DNA of 64,000 nucleotides, from assembly GCF_009914755.1 (NCBI RefSeq), contig NC_060930.1; one strand, 5' to 3'. Below are positions 13,969 to 29,848 of the stretch, piece after piece. Under the pieces are notes generated by a model that had not been told where the DNA came from, did not search any database, and saw only the letters and a list, made by a program, of their open reading frames with translations. Every line of letters starts with the position of its first letter. Position 1 is the first letter of the stretch. This stretch comes from the human T2T-CHM13v2.0 reference genome, Homo sapiens. The position numbers and the translations under genes were made by a program.

Positions 13969-14294
13969 GTTTTCTATTTTTCCTTAAGTCCCCTAAAAGC
14001 CATAATTTTTATTATTCCTTTTTCTCTTTTTTCAATTCTATGAATATGTATTATTTTAAAGTTATATTTTTCACACAGAGATGATGCTATATTACACCTT
14101 CCCTTTTTTGTTGGTTTCTTAAACTCTAATCTCATGACAGATTATACCTTCCTTATTACTTGTTTTATCTTACTCAGAATCTTTGAATATATTTTTCTGC
14201 CCAGAATTATCTAAACAAAAGGGAGAACAAAAGAAGTATGTCTCACTTGGGAACTGAATCAACTCTAAATCAGTTTTGTCACAAAACTTTTTGT

Positions 14295-14590
14295 ATTTGA
14301 CTGGCAATGCTGATTAAAATTAAAAATGCACAGAACTTTTGCGCTGTTAATTTCACCTGTAAAAACTGTCCCAACAGATGTGCTTGGCACAAATGCATGA
14401 AAATGACATCTTTTATGATAGCAAAAACCAGAAAACAACCTAAAAGACTGGTTAAACAAATTATGGAATCTGTTTAAACAAATACTGTTCCATCACTATA
14501 AAGACAGAAGTAGATCTATATATATCTTGAATGTATCACTATTATTAAGTGAGAAAGCAAGTGGTAGAACAATGTGTGTAGTCTACTGTC
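14295..14590 (+). mobile_element. Ancient L1 (L1ME-like) fragment overlapping the ENPP3 3' end
   Basis: ggcaat..attaaaattaaaaatgcaca...atagcaaaaaccagaaaacaacctaaa...gactggttaaacaaattatgg...gtagatctatata matches L1M consensus motifs. Confidence 0.7.
14313..14324 (+). terminator. Candidate distal poly(A) signal, tandem ATTAAA-ATTAAA
   Basis: tgATTAAAATTAAAaatgcaca. Confidence 0.55.
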
Positions 14591-14596
14591 ATTTTT

Positions 14597-15202
14597 CAGG
14601 GGTCGGTAAACTTTTCCATAAGGGACTAGATGGTAAATTTTTTAGGCCATACAGTCTCTCTTAAAACTACTTACTCTGCTGTGGCATCAAGAAAGCAGCC
14701 ATAGATAATACAAAAAAGGAGTAAGAGTGGTTGTTCTATTAGTCTGCTTTCACATGGCTATAAAGAAATACCTGAGACTGGGTAGTTTATAAAGAAAAGA
14801 GGTTTAATTGATTCACAGTTTCGCATGGCTGGGGAAGCCTCAGGAAACTTACAATCATGGCAGAAGGAGAAGGGGAAGCAAGCACTTTCTTCACAAGGCG
14901 ACAGGACGGAGTGAGTCTAAGCAGAGACAGGACAGAGTGAGTGTGAGCAGATAAAATGCCAGACACTTATAAAACAATCAGATCTCATGAGAACTCACTC
15001 ACTATTACGAGAACAGCATGGGAAAAACTGCCCGCATGATCCAAACACTTCCCTCCCTCGGCATGTGGGGATTACAATTCGAGATGAGATTCAGGTGGGG
15101 ACACAGAGCCAAACCATATCACCTATGTTCCAATAAAACTTTATTTACAAAAACAAGTGGAGGGCTAGATTGGGTCCCTGGGCTGTAGTTTGTCAGCCCC
15201 TG
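14597..15202. mobile_element. MER58-like hAT MITE interrupted by an MST LTR
   Basis: caggggtcggtaaact...agtttgtcagcccctg TIRs. Confidence 0.8.
14735..15121 (-). mobile_element. MSTA-like MaLR solo LTR
   Basis: tattagtctgctttcac...gggacacagagccaaaccatatca. Confidence 0.88.
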
Positions 15203-15927
15203 TTTCATATAATAAAATCTGGGCTGGGGGAAGCAGAAATTAATAGTAAAAAAGATAACATTTTTATTTTTTGCTCTTTGTATTGCCTGAAGTTTTTTTT
15301 TTTAACTCCTATATGTATTTCTTTCATTTTCAAAATAGAGTTATGAACCAAAGAGATCCCAGCAATTATTTCAGGGTCAATGCTATTGGTCAGATTTTGG
15401 GGTTGCTAGACTGGCAATTTTCCAGATATTTCTCTGATATAAAGATCAGTTCATCCAGGGACACAGGCTTTGTAGCTAATGAAAAATCTTGTGACCTGAA
15501 CTTCAAGGAAAACAAATTCAATTGCTTTCTATTTCTATTAGAATTTCAACTGAATTATGGTTATTAATTACAACCAATTAAGATGTTAGTTTATTCCCAC
15601 TGGATTTTTTTTAACATAGTTTCTTCACATGTAGAATTTAGGTAAAAAATTTATGCAGTGCAAAATGTGCAATACAGAGAGGCTGCAAGTTAAGACACAA
15701 ATAGGAAATTATTTCCGGATACATAGCAACAATGTTAATACTCTTCATATAGAGACAATTTTTCCAATCAGTGTTCTCCTGCCCCACCATGGCCTGGAAA
15801 CTAAATAAGATCACCTGGAATTTAGAACTCACAATAGGAAGACAAATGGTGGGTGTTTACAACCCTGAAATGAGTTTAATAACCCTGGATTTCCTCATTA
15901 CTTCTGAGTTGGTCTGAAAGTGGCTAA

Positions 15928-16194
<267 letters not shown>

Positions 16195-16435
16195 TAAAAA
16201 AGAAATATGTATATGTAAAGCCAGTTTGAATGAATGAATACTAGTGATTTAATGGATCATGAAATTATAGAGGATTTGGTGTATCTACTTAATAACTTTC
16301 AGTATGTAGCCTATATTTACAATGAACTTGTTTTATTTTTAAAAATCTGAAAATGTAAACAATAAAGTTAGTTACACTTTAAAATATTATTTAGAAAGGA
16401 TTTTATATGTACACAAAGTTTGCAAGAATAGTATA

Positions 16436-16563
16436 GGCCAGGCACTGTGGCTCACACCTGTAATCCTAGCACATTTGGGAGGCCGAAGTGGGCAAATTAC
16501 TTGAGATCAGGAGTTCAAGACCAGCCTGGGCAACACAGTGAGACCCTGTTTCTATTAAAAAAA
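16436..16563 (+). mobile_element. FLAM_C-like monomer within old L1M (minus) sequence
   Basis: TSD aagaatagtata. Confidence 0.85.
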
Positions 16564-18105
16564 GAATAGTATAAAGAACTCTTTATAACCCGTACCCAGC
16601 TACATCAATTAACATTCTCAGTATGTACATTTATATATAGTTTTATTTTTCTCACTGTACTTCTGAGAGTACATTGTAGTCATTATGCCCATTAACCCTG
16701 AGTACTTTAGTGTGCAAAGATCAAGGACATTAACTCACAGTAAGTTTAATGTTGGTACAATGCTATAAATAATCTAATTTATGAACCTATCAATTTTTTT
16801 CATATTTTCAACAATTCTTTAATGATATTTTCTTTTTTGGTCTAGGATCTGAAAGAGAATCATTCATTGTATTACTTTTTTCTCTTTGGTCTCTTATAAG
16901 GTGCAACAATTCCTCAGCATTTAACAAATAATGTTGATACTTTTGAGGAGTCCAGGTCATTTATTTTGTAGACCGTCCCTCAAATGGGTTTGTCTGGCAT
17001 TTCCAGATGACTGGATTAACACAGTGCATTTTTGGCAGGGACATTACATTAGTGACATTTGTCCTCAGTGCTTCATATTTAGAAGCACATGATGTTCATT
17101 TGTGCCATCATTAATCCATGCCAGATTTGATCAGTTGGTGATGTTAGTGTTCATAAGTTTCTCTTCTGTAGAGACAGTATTTTTCCCTTAGCAATTTATA
17201 AGTTATTTGTAGAAGGATATGGAGACCCTACACATATCCTGTTTCTCATTAAATTTTTACCCAACAGCTTCAGTATCCGTTAATAATCTTTCCCTGATTC
17301 AATTTTTACGATGATAGTTGCAAAGGGAGTGATTCTTAGAGACTCCATTATTTTACGTTTATCAGCATTCTACTATAAGCAAAAGTGTTCTCTCACTTAT
17401 TTTGTTATTTATTTATTTATTATTGTTTGTACAGACTCATTTTTTTTATTCCAACAGATTAGAATACATTAAGATCATTACTTATGTCAGTACTCAAATA
17501 GTCCCAGAGTTGGTCAACAGGAGCTTCTTTAAGTGGGGTCCTGGGTCATTTGTATATACCCCATTATTTTTTGAGGACTTTCTTATTTTCTAGTACAGAA
17601 AAAAAAATTCAGGATTATTTTGTACTTTCCCTGCACTAACTCTGGAATCAATTCTTCCTCCAAAATGCCCTGGTTCCATTTAGTGGGCACTGGTGCCCTA
17701 ATTGCTTCTGGGGTATCATAACATCTAGGCATCTTCAGTCAACAAAAGTGGAATCTATATCTATGTCTCTTTGCCTATATCTATCATTGTGTTCATAAAT
17801 ACTGTAAACTTAAAGTAAAATCCTAAGTCTTCCACTGATAGAACAGACCCTCTGTGGCCAACAGGACCCCAGAAAAACCTTAAAACTGAGTTTCTGGCCA
17901 CAGCCAGGAGAGAGGGGAGGTCAGACATGCCTCATTCTACCCACTCTCTTTCATGGTTTAGACACAATTGACCAGCATTAATGTTGAAATAGATATGGTA
18001 AGACTGACAGAACAGACTCTGTGGCAATAAGATACCAAATTATATACAAGACCAAAGGCCATGCCAGGCAAGGATGAAGTCATGCACCCTACACTTAAAG
18101 AATAA

Positions 18106-18435
<330 letters not shown>

Positions 18436-18751
18436 TAGAATAAACTGTTCTAACTGCCACAAGGGTTTTTCTGGTTTGTTTGTTTTGTTTTTTCTCTCAA
18501 GCACAGGCTTTGAGATAAGCAATATTAAAACAATGACAACTCGTCTCACTGACACTGACTAACAGAACCACTGTTCCACCAGCTATAACTACAGCTTTGA
18601 TTGGACAAGGGCCTGATTTCAGTAACTTTCTTCTGATAGGGAGACCACCGACCACGGACTGGTTCTGACTGGTTTACAGAGGTTGCTCACTTGTGTGACT
18701 TTGTAACCTGAAAAGATCTTTCGATGTATAGGGCCCAACTGTAATACATTT

Positions 18752-18790
18752 GACAAGAACGGGTGCATTCAAGGTGGTATGGCCGTAGAC
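18752..18790 (-). pseudogene. 5S rRNA 5' fragment (nt 1-39), tailless retrocopy
   Basis: Reverse complement GTCTACGGCCATACCACCTTGAATGCACCCGTTCTTGTC matches 5S nt 1-39 at 34/39. Flanking direct repeat AACTGTAATAC(A/T)TTT at 18737-18751 and 18793-18807. Confidence 0.9.
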
Positions 18791-19738
18791 ATAACTGTAA
18801 TACTTTTGAATGTTAAGTCTCCACCCACAAGTGAACATGGGTTATATGTTACATGCAGATTTGCTCAATACACATGTGTCAGGACCACCTTCATGAATAT
18901 TTACAGCTTCTCCCATAACCTGTTAAATATGTATTTTTAGCCAGCCTCTTCAGCATAAAACTACTACTCCAATCTTTCCTGCTTTGAAGTGCTTGTCTGG
19001 TCTTAGCTAGAGGAATATTTCCCATCCTGTGGGGTGACCATTTTGCAGGCTGTAACCATTTACAAAAAATAAAGTCTTTTCCAAACTCACAGATTTGTGA
19101 TTTTTTTAAAGTTAACACCACATGAATAAAAACCATGAATTCAATTATAATCCAATATTGCATAGTTTTTCTAACAACTTTCTATTTTATAATTGTATCT
19201 TCCTTCTCCAATAGTGAGAAATTTGGTTCCCAAAATCGTCAATATATTTATTCATATGCTCCAATACACGGAGAGTAAGAATTGCAGACTAACACCACTT
19301 AAAGAAGGAAATCTACCAAGTAGAATGCAAGAAGTGTTTCTAGGCTAAGAACTTGGTCAGAATATTGTTCCAGAATTATTTGGACTTGTTTTTCCCCCTT
19401 CAGTGTAGTTACATTATTCATTTGAAATATAGTACTGCTCATTTGTTTCTATTTATATTCTGTTAAGGAGTTTCCCCAACCTTGTTGAGTCACGTTTATT
19501 TGTTTTAGTGTATAAAATATTAACGATTTTAAAAGCCAAAATTAGATGAAAAGTGACACTCAGAAGAAGTGTCCTCCCTCCACTCTTTCTTTTTCCATCC
19601 ACCCTGTGTTTACGACCAACATCATTTGTTTCTGGTTAATCATTTCTGTATTTGTTTTTGCAAAAATAGGCAGATAGATATATTTTTCTTATTTTCCTTT
19701 TTTATGCAAAAGAGGCATACTATATATTCCTTTTGAAC

Positions 19739-20058
19739 TTTTTTTTTTAATATCTTTTTTATTTTTTATTTATTTTTTTTGAGACAGGGTCTTGCTCTGT
19801 TGTCCAGCCTGGAGTTCAGTGGCTCAAATAGGACTCACTGCAGCCTCGACCTCCTAGGCTCAAGCAATCCTCCTGCCTCAGCCCCCCGAGTAACTGGAAC
19901 CACAGGCATGTGCCATCACACTTGGCTAATTGTTTTTTTTTTAATTTTGTGTCGAGACAAAGCCTCACCATGTTGCCCAGGCTGATCTCAAACTCCCCTG
20001 AGCTCAAACAATTCTCCTGCCTCGGCCTCCCAAAGTGTTGGGATTACACCACGCCTGG
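19739..20058 (-). mobile_element. Alu (J-like)
   Basis: Divergent dimer with T-rich tail. Confidence 0.9.
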
Positions 20059-23000
20059 GTTTCTTTCACACTTTTTGAAAAACTTGACAGTATATCCCAG
20101 AAGTCACTCCATACACATAGGTCTTCCTCATCCTAGTTTATTGCTGCATAGTACTCCATTGTGTAGATGTATCATTTCATTACATCAGTCTCTTATGTAA
20201 AAGCTTTTAGGTTGTTTCCAACATTTTGTAACTACAAATATCCAGCAATGAATATTATATATATGCAGTTTTGCATTATTGAAAGTGTATCTTCTGGGCA
20301 AGTTCCTAGAAGTGGGTAAACATATATTGTGGTTTCATTTTAGAAAAAATAAAAGTCCTATATTGGCACAACCGTAATTCTTAAATTGGTGTACTTAAAA
20401 TTTTAATTCACTGAAAATAATTTATTTTTCTTAATTATAAAAGTAATACATATTCATTGTAAGACTATCCGAAATGTGTATATATATCTATATTTATATA
20501 TGCAAATATTTAAATCACACATAATCCCACAAGCAATGATTACAATGACTATATCCTATTAATACATGACTCTTGGGTATATCTCTTCTTTGAAATGCAG
20601 TGTTTTAATATGGGATTTGGGGAAATGTCAATTCATGTTACTTTGGTTCAGTGTTTTTTCCTCAGGGGAATTTCAAATTTTTCAGAAAATACTTGTGTCT
20701 TGAATATTTAGAAAATTTATTCTAGTGGAAAGTGTAACTTATCAGAGCAAAAGGAAATTACTGCTTGACATTTCAATAAATGCCTTAAGTTTTTACAAAT
20801 TACCCAAGACATGTGTAGCTGAGAATTAATGTAGAATCATGCAGGTGTTGTTAAGAATCCATAATGTCAGCTTCCAGCACCAATCATCACCTGACTCAAG
20901 TTGTTTTTTGACTTTCAGGTGATAGAACTATCCCAAGCAATGTAATTCCCTTTCCTTTTTATTCTGATAACAATGAAATATGTAATAAGCCAAATTTTTG
21001 ACAAGTGCTTTTCATGTAGATGAGCATTTAATACAACAGAACTGCTTGCTTTTGAATAGAGGGAACCACATATTACTGCAATTTTCAATTGTATGTATTT
21101 TGGGAGACAGGCATATAAGAGGGATATTTTTGTGAATTCCAATGTTACTGAATCAAGGATTACAATGAATTCTTGTTGGTAGAAAGGGGACTTTCTAACG
21201 CAAGTGAGGTCAGCTAAGATCTTGGGAGCAGACTTGGAAAGAAGGGAAATTCTCAACATTGGCTTATATTCCAGATGTAGTTTAAATTCTGAAATTTTAT
21301 TTTTATGCATTTTTTGATCTTTCAGGGTATTTAGAGCCATAGTCAGGATTAAGAAGGCTCTGGGTCTGTTCTTCTAGAAAATGTCACAAACAAATGAATT
21401 TTCTGGGCAAGTGGAAACCTGCTTCCCCTGCTGGTAGGTAGGGTCAGGTAGCTAGAGGGGGATAAACTGGATAAAGGGGTGCACCTATTCATGGGCTAAG
21501 GATTCACCTCTAGCCACTAATTTAGCTGGAATTTAGTCTAAGAGAGTCCATCAGTGTTTGGTCATTTTAGAACCAGTAAATGAAGATTTTAGGAGTCTGT
21601 GTTTATGCTTACAAATTGGGCTGATCTTGATGTAAACTCCATCTGGTTTTGGCACTTGAGTTTATGTCCAAATTATATTTGGGTTCTTTGAAAATCCTCT
21701 TCCCCTAGGGAAATCTCTTTCCTTCCTCCGCCCCGTCCCCACCCCTGTATCACCACTACTCTCCCACCACCACTTGTCATTTGTTTACTTTGGGAGGGCT
21801 GGTCATGGGAATGGAAACAGGACATAAACTCTAACAGTTTTCAAAAACACAAACAAGGCTGTTTGAAGAAAGGACTTCCTCTTTACACAGCATCCCTAGC
21901 AGACCACAATCTCTCCTTCAATCAGTGGACTCACGCTTGAACAAACTTCCAGACAGGAACAAACCTCAGCCTTCCAATGACAGAGAATCCATGCAATTCA
22001 GACTTATCCCAAACCCACAGGATAAACTTAGCTGGATAACAACTCATAGTAAAGGGCAACACTGGACTTAGAGCTAGGCTGGTTCTGTTATCCTAACATA
22101 CCGTGTTTACTAAGGTGTAGACATTCGTAGGTCTAGGAGAAAGCTGGAGAGGCCAGCAAGTCCATTTCTTAAGGACTAAATAAATAACATTCTGTTAACA
22201 TTGTTCATACGTTTATAATGTCAGTCTCTGAGACTTTACAACAGTTTTCGTATTCCTGAAATTAAGAAAATATGTGTAATGATTAACACAACGACTTCCT
22301 CCTGTCTTGTCTCCTTAGAGTGATAACCACAAAGTTTGTTTATAATCGTCTCCTAAGGAATCATCTGCTCTCATTTGAGTGTTAGAAGGCAGTAGAGTAT
22401 TGATAAGAGCATGGGTTCCTAAGTTATAGACACCAAGGTTTAAATCCTGTCTTCCTAGCTGTGTGATCTGGAACAGGTTCCTTAAACTCTACAATTTGGT
22501 TTTCTCTTCTGCAAAAAGGGGATCATTTAATACCTACCTTAGAGAGTTGTTGCAAGGATTTGATAACTTACTAGATATAAACTGTGTCCATCAGAGGCTG
22601 CCATGTGGTAGCATTATCCTCTCTCAGGCATATATAAAGCACACTTTTTGAATTAACCAGGCAATTCCGCTCCACTTGGGTTTACACACAAGTGATTCAA
22701 ATTTGTGGATTGTGTCAGGTTGATCTTTGCCCTATGATTTGGAGGTTTGACTTCCATATTTCCTGCCAGATGAGTTAGTCACATTAATAGCATCCTTCAT
22801 CATGGTTTGTGGTTGCCCCGATCTTTAAATTTGGTCGGCCTCTATTACAATCCCCATTTATTGGTTAGGTCCCAGGATATTTTTATCCTGTGGCCACATT
22901 AACAATTTTAAAAAAAAGGAAGCATGGCATGGTCAGCATTGTTACTTTTGGATATTGACAAAGAACTGCAACAGATTGGCCACAGTGGCTCAGATCAATA

Positions 23001-23525
23001 GGCCGTGGCAGTAGATACATCCTCCAAATCTGTCTAAATCTCATCTCAGAAAATGGGCTTAGCTTGCAGAGATTTCATCATCAACTCTCACCTCAGATTC
23101 TGACATCAGCCTTTTACAGCATTTAAGCAAAGTTTTCCACAAATTGAGAGCAGAAATTTAGAATTAAATCTTCAGTTGATTACTTTGATATAAGAGAGTT
23201 CATCAAATGACTCACTGTCTTCCTCTCTTGCTATCTCTGAATCTGGAACCAACTGTCTTCTGTAGTCATACAGTCATTCTGTAGTCTTGAAAGACTAGAC
23301 ATGTCTTGCCTATTCAAGATCTCGTTAAATCTATTTATTCAGTGAATGTTTATTGAGCTCCTTTTATGTTACAGACACTGTTCTGGGGGCTTTGGATAAT
23401 CAAGGAACAAACTCGACAAAGATCCTTGCCCCTTACGGCCTTATATTCTAGCAGGGAAGACACAGTAAACAACAGGTATAGCAAATAAGAAAATTAAATT
23501 ATGTGTGTTAGAAAGTGATAAATGC

Positions 23526-24640
<1,115 letters not shown>

Positions 24641-24799
24641 GGTAAGAAACTAGATAGAGGGGAATTTATTTTCTAAAATTACAATCAACTAAAAAAAGTG
24701 TTCAGATTTTGTGGGGGTTTTTTGTTTGTTTTCTAGTTAGCAAAAACAAGTCTATTGGCAATAAACCCAAGTATAACTGCATTTTACACATTTTATAGT

Positions 24800-24880
24800 A
24801 TTAGGATACCATATGAAATTGTCATTTTTGTAAGTCCAAAACTCTTGAATACTGTCAATTGCATGTGTTTTGTACCTTAA
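24800..24880. mobile_element. Degenerate MADE2 (Hsmar2-derived MITE)
   Basis: TATTAGG.ACCATATGAAATTG.CATTTTTGTA.GTC.AAAA pattern with a decayed right TIR. Confidence 0.7.
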
Positions 24881-26857
24881 CCTCAGAACTTCTGATGACA
24901 CTATTTCTCTTAAAATTAAAGCGTATATATCACATTTATTATTTTTGAAATTATTATAGACTCACAGAAAATTGAAAAAAATAGCACAAAGAGCCCAGTA
25001 TACCCTTTAGCTAGCTTCCCCCACTAGTAACATGTTACATGGCTGTGGTAAAATATCAAAACCAGGACATGTCACTGGTACAATACTGTTAACAAGTCTA
25101 CAGACCTTTCTCAGATTCCACAAGTTTTTACATGCACTCATAAGATATTACTTTTTAAAGTTTACACAACCAACTTTTTTTAAGCAACTCTGAAAGTAGG
25201 CACAGATGCAGCAAGTAAGGTTCAGAGAATTTAGAATATTGTTTTTAGTCTAGTGTATCGTCCCCCTCTGTGCAGAGTATGGGATGGCCAATAGGGTGAA
25301 ACCAACTGGATTTAAGGCTCTTTCTGAAAACTTTTCTTTCTGGGACCTGAACTATTCCCATAGGAGAGGTGATAAATTCTTCCAATTCTTTATGCCTCTT
25401 TTGAATTGTATATATTCCCAAGAGATTAATGCGTTCAATTCTTAGTTTTGTTTTTCTGGGATATGGAGAGATAATGTTTGCACAAGTGCTGTGGGTAAAG
25501 CTTCGAGGATAAGATGCTGATAATGGAATGATCAGCAAAATGGCAGACTGGAACTCTCCAGGGCAAATACTCTCTCCTCCCTCCCATATTTTCTGCAGGG
25601 GAGCTGTATTCATTAGGTATGTCTGGGACAACCATGGAATGTGCCTGCCTCAGACAGGATGGCTGATATTTTAAGAAACAATGGCTAAAAAAGAGATCAA
25701 ATATTAAAATCTGAAATTTCCTTGTCTTTATTTAAAAATAAGAATAACTTAGATAATATGCAAATATAAATTTTGAAACCCCAAAACAGCAAGGTGAAAG
25801 TGGAAAATAAAACTATCCTGTGTTTCAAAAGGCAATTAAAGAAAAACAGCACACCACACTGTAAGACTGGAAACCAGTTGTCTGGAGGTTTTAGCAGTGC
25901 CAATGAGTAGAGAAAAGTTTCCATATAATTCAATAACCAAGTAGAGTCAGAGTGACTCAAGACTTGTCTGGAGTTTAGACTTATTTGACGGAAACTTCGT
26001 AGGGCAGGTTTTCCTCTTTCGCCAATTTGACTTTACAAGCCAAGGCCCACATACTTGGAAACAGTAACTGGACAATTACTAAATGGTTGCTGAGTGATGG
26101 AGTAAATAGTTGGAAAAAAGTTTGAATTTGGATTCATGACAGCTATCAGATAAGTCTTATTCGCATGTTCAAGACAGTTTTATATGCTATTAGGACACAC
26201 TGCTGTTGAAGAAGAAGTAGAAATTGTCTCTGTATTTTCAATTAAAATTCAACTTAATCAAATGTGTTATACAAACGTATATAGAGGAAAGGCTTTTTTA
26301 GAGTTTTCAAAAAGTTTTTTTAAAAATACTTGCATTGGAGGTCCATGTGTTTGCAGAAACTACTGTCATGGGCATTTACAATTATTTTATTTATTTGATT
26401 GTATATATTTAAGGTGTACAACATGATATTTTGATATGCATATACATAGTGAAATGCTTACTAGAGTCAAGCAAATTAACATATCCATCATCTCACATAG
26501 TTGCCCTTTTTTTTCTTGGTAGCCAGAGCATCTAAAATCTACTATTTTAATAAAAATCCTCAATTTTAAGAGGCCATACAGGTGAAGGCTGTCACACAGA
26601 GGGAACTTAAGTCAAAAATCCCAGTCCCATCACTTAGGACTTCAGGGCTGTCCAGACCATTGTCATCAGAAACCAAAACTCAGGGAAAGGACAGGCTGAG
26701 GCTGAAAGCAGAGCTGAGAGAGTCCCTGTCACTTTCATATTGTATATCTATCCCTATGTGTTTATGGATATATAACCCTTTTGTATATTTACCCATCTGA
26801 TAAAAATTACATTCTCTTTGCTGCAGAATTTCACCACAACCACACCTCCCACCCTTA

Positions 26858-26859
<2 letters not shown>

Positions 26860-26899
<40 letters not shown>
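26860..26899. repeat. (CA)20 microsatellite
   Basis: Direct reading. Confidence 0.95.
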
Positions 26900-26902
<3 letters not shown>

Positions 26903-28816
26903 GTGCTGGGTAAATATTGTAAATATTGTGATAAATTGCTTTAGACGGAGGGTAAAACATATTCAGGGGTCAGACTTGACTAACACTAGATAGTGATTGT
27001 TGTGTTTTCTGGTTTGTTTTTGCTGTGGGGGTGATGGATGTTGTCTGTGGCGGGCATTGTTGGCTACATGCCTGGGTTTCTTTTTCAGTAACTGAGGAAT
27101 CAAGTCAAAGGCTAGATTTGAATGTCAGCACAATATACAGGATTTTTGAGAGAAAGGAGTTTGGAGGCAAATCTTGAAGCTTCACTTCTTTTAATTTTGC
27201 AGGGTGGTGGATGATGTGATTTCTCTTCCTCAATTCCCCTAGAATTCCTCTTCAGTAAAATTGATATTATTAACCAAGTCACTGTGGTGTTGGATCTATT
27301 TGGGAGATGTGGCAAAATGCTGAGTTTGGCCTCAGAACGGGCACAGGGTGAGAAGAGAAACTCCCAGGGGATTTCAGGCTCATGTGGGTCAATTGGACTT
27401 CCAGGCAGTCATCCATTTCCTCTTAATTGAAAATGCTGCTAGGAGTACCAGGTTATCTGTTGTTAATACTTTCCCTCTAAGTTTAGAATGCTGAAGCAAA
27501 AAAAAAAAAGACTACTTTCCTAGGCAAGTATTTTCTTCCCCATGTACTTTATTATTATATTTTTATGTCACTAACAAAAATTTATCCAGTTAACAGGAAA
27601 ATCTCAGGGGTAAAGAGAGATAAATTAAACACTTGTACTGAATTTAAAATATTATCCTAAGGACTAAAAATAACCTCTTAATCCTACTTATTACAAAGCT
27701 ATAAATATTTACTGTAAACAGAGAAATATTGATAGGCAAAAGAAATAAGCATTCATGGTACCATCAAGCAGAACAAATCACCACTAATATCAGGATGTGT
27801 ATCCTTCTAGCACTGCTTGTATAGGGTCATAGTCTGTGTATTGATTATTATCTGTACCTATTTCCAAGCACTGTACCAAGTGCTCTGCATACATTATTTC
27901 ATTTAACCTTTCCTTTATACTATGAGGTAAATGCTATTTTACAGATGTAGAAACTCTTGGCTATTCAAAGGGGGAGTAGAATTGAACCCTTTGGAACAAC
28001 TGTAGCTATCCAGACAGACCCTGGCCTACTCTGAAGAATCCCATGAAGAGGTTTCAGGGACATCAAGAAATCTAGACCAAATTCAAATCTCCTAATATAC
28101 TCAGGAAATAATTTGGAAGTATCCAACATAAAAAGAGTCATCTGCATGTAACAGAATGTATCCTCATACTTGGTCAGTTTCCAAACATGAAAGCGTTAAG
28201 GTTGCCAAGGGAAGAACCAACCTGTCACAACCAAAATACTCTATGTGGCTGTGTTTGAAGCTTACCTGTCTTTGGTAGATTTGTTAGAGCAGTTAGCATT
28301 ATTAATACTAATTACTACAACGATTGATGATAGTGGTGGTTTCAAAAAAGAATACGAAAAGGCAACATGATGAAGTGAAAATATCTTTTGCTATAAAAAG
28401 CACACAATATAACACTTTCCAGCTTTAACAAGCTATGTACTATTTCATCGTGTTTAACTTTAAGTCTGCTTAACAGACGTACTGTAGATTTGGGAAATGT
28501 GAAAACTTTTTTCCAAATGAAATTGTTAAAGGCAAATCTATGATATATGACTCACCTACAAGACTTCCAAGAAACCAGTACTCCTGGATTTCCTTACACG
28601 TGGTGATTCAGTCTTCCAGGATGTTTAAGCAGTTGTCCTAGAAGGTGGGTGGCAAAGAAAAACTAACAGAAAAAAGTAAAGAATAGAATATGTCTATTTC
28701 TGCTATTTGCACCTATTTTTTGGACTATCTGATATTTTAGTTTTTCATTTTCAAATCTATGATTTGTGGTAATTCACTTTGAGATGTGTTATGAAGGACG
28801 ACTGGAGCCATTAGGA

Positions 28817-29344
<528 letters not shown>

Positions 29345-29452
29345 TAACTCCCCTGGTTTCAGGTTGTTGGATGTCACTTCTCACTTTGCTGTTGTGTGAC
29401 TGCCTATACCAGCCCTGCCTGTCACTTTTCTCACTTGTCTCACAGAGATGGT

Positions 29453-29848
29453 GTTATGGGCTGACTTGTGTTCCACTCAAAATTCATATGTTGAAGTCCT
29501 AACCCCAATACCCCAGAATGTGACTGTATTTGAATGTAGGGTCTTTACAGAGGTAGTTAAGTTAACAGGAGGTCATTAGGATAGCTGTAATCCTATATGA
29601 CTGGTGTCCTTATAAGAAGAGAGAATTTAGACACAATTACAGAGGGAAGATGACCTGAAGACTCAGGGAGAAGACTGTCATCTACAACCCAAGAGAGAAG
29701 CCTGGGACAGATCCTTCCTGAAGAAACCAGCCCTGCTACACCTTGATTTTGGACTTCTAGCCTCCAGAACTGTGAGAAAATAAAATTCTATTGCTTAGAC
29801 CACATAGTCTGTGATATTTTGTAATAATAACCCTAGCAAACCAACACA
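29453..29848 (+). mobile_element. MLT1A/B-like MaLR LTR
   Basis: tgttatgggctga...aaattcatatgttgaagtcctaacccc...ccctagcaaaccaacaca. Confidence 0.85.

Larger units (their letters stand above)
13879..14335 (+). other. ENPP3: ENPP3 3' UTR (AU-rich; 3' end approximate)
   Basis: Follows the stop codon; end inferred from ATTAAA hexamers at 14313-14324. Confidence 0.65.

Noticed and set aside
20915-21340. 141-aa ORF in non-repeat sequence
   Set aside because: No recognisable domain, promoter or splice context; length compatible with chance.
25245-25631. 128-aa minus-strand ORF
   Set aside because: TTG start and no recognisable homology; I also saw no decayed ENPP exons in the intergenic region.
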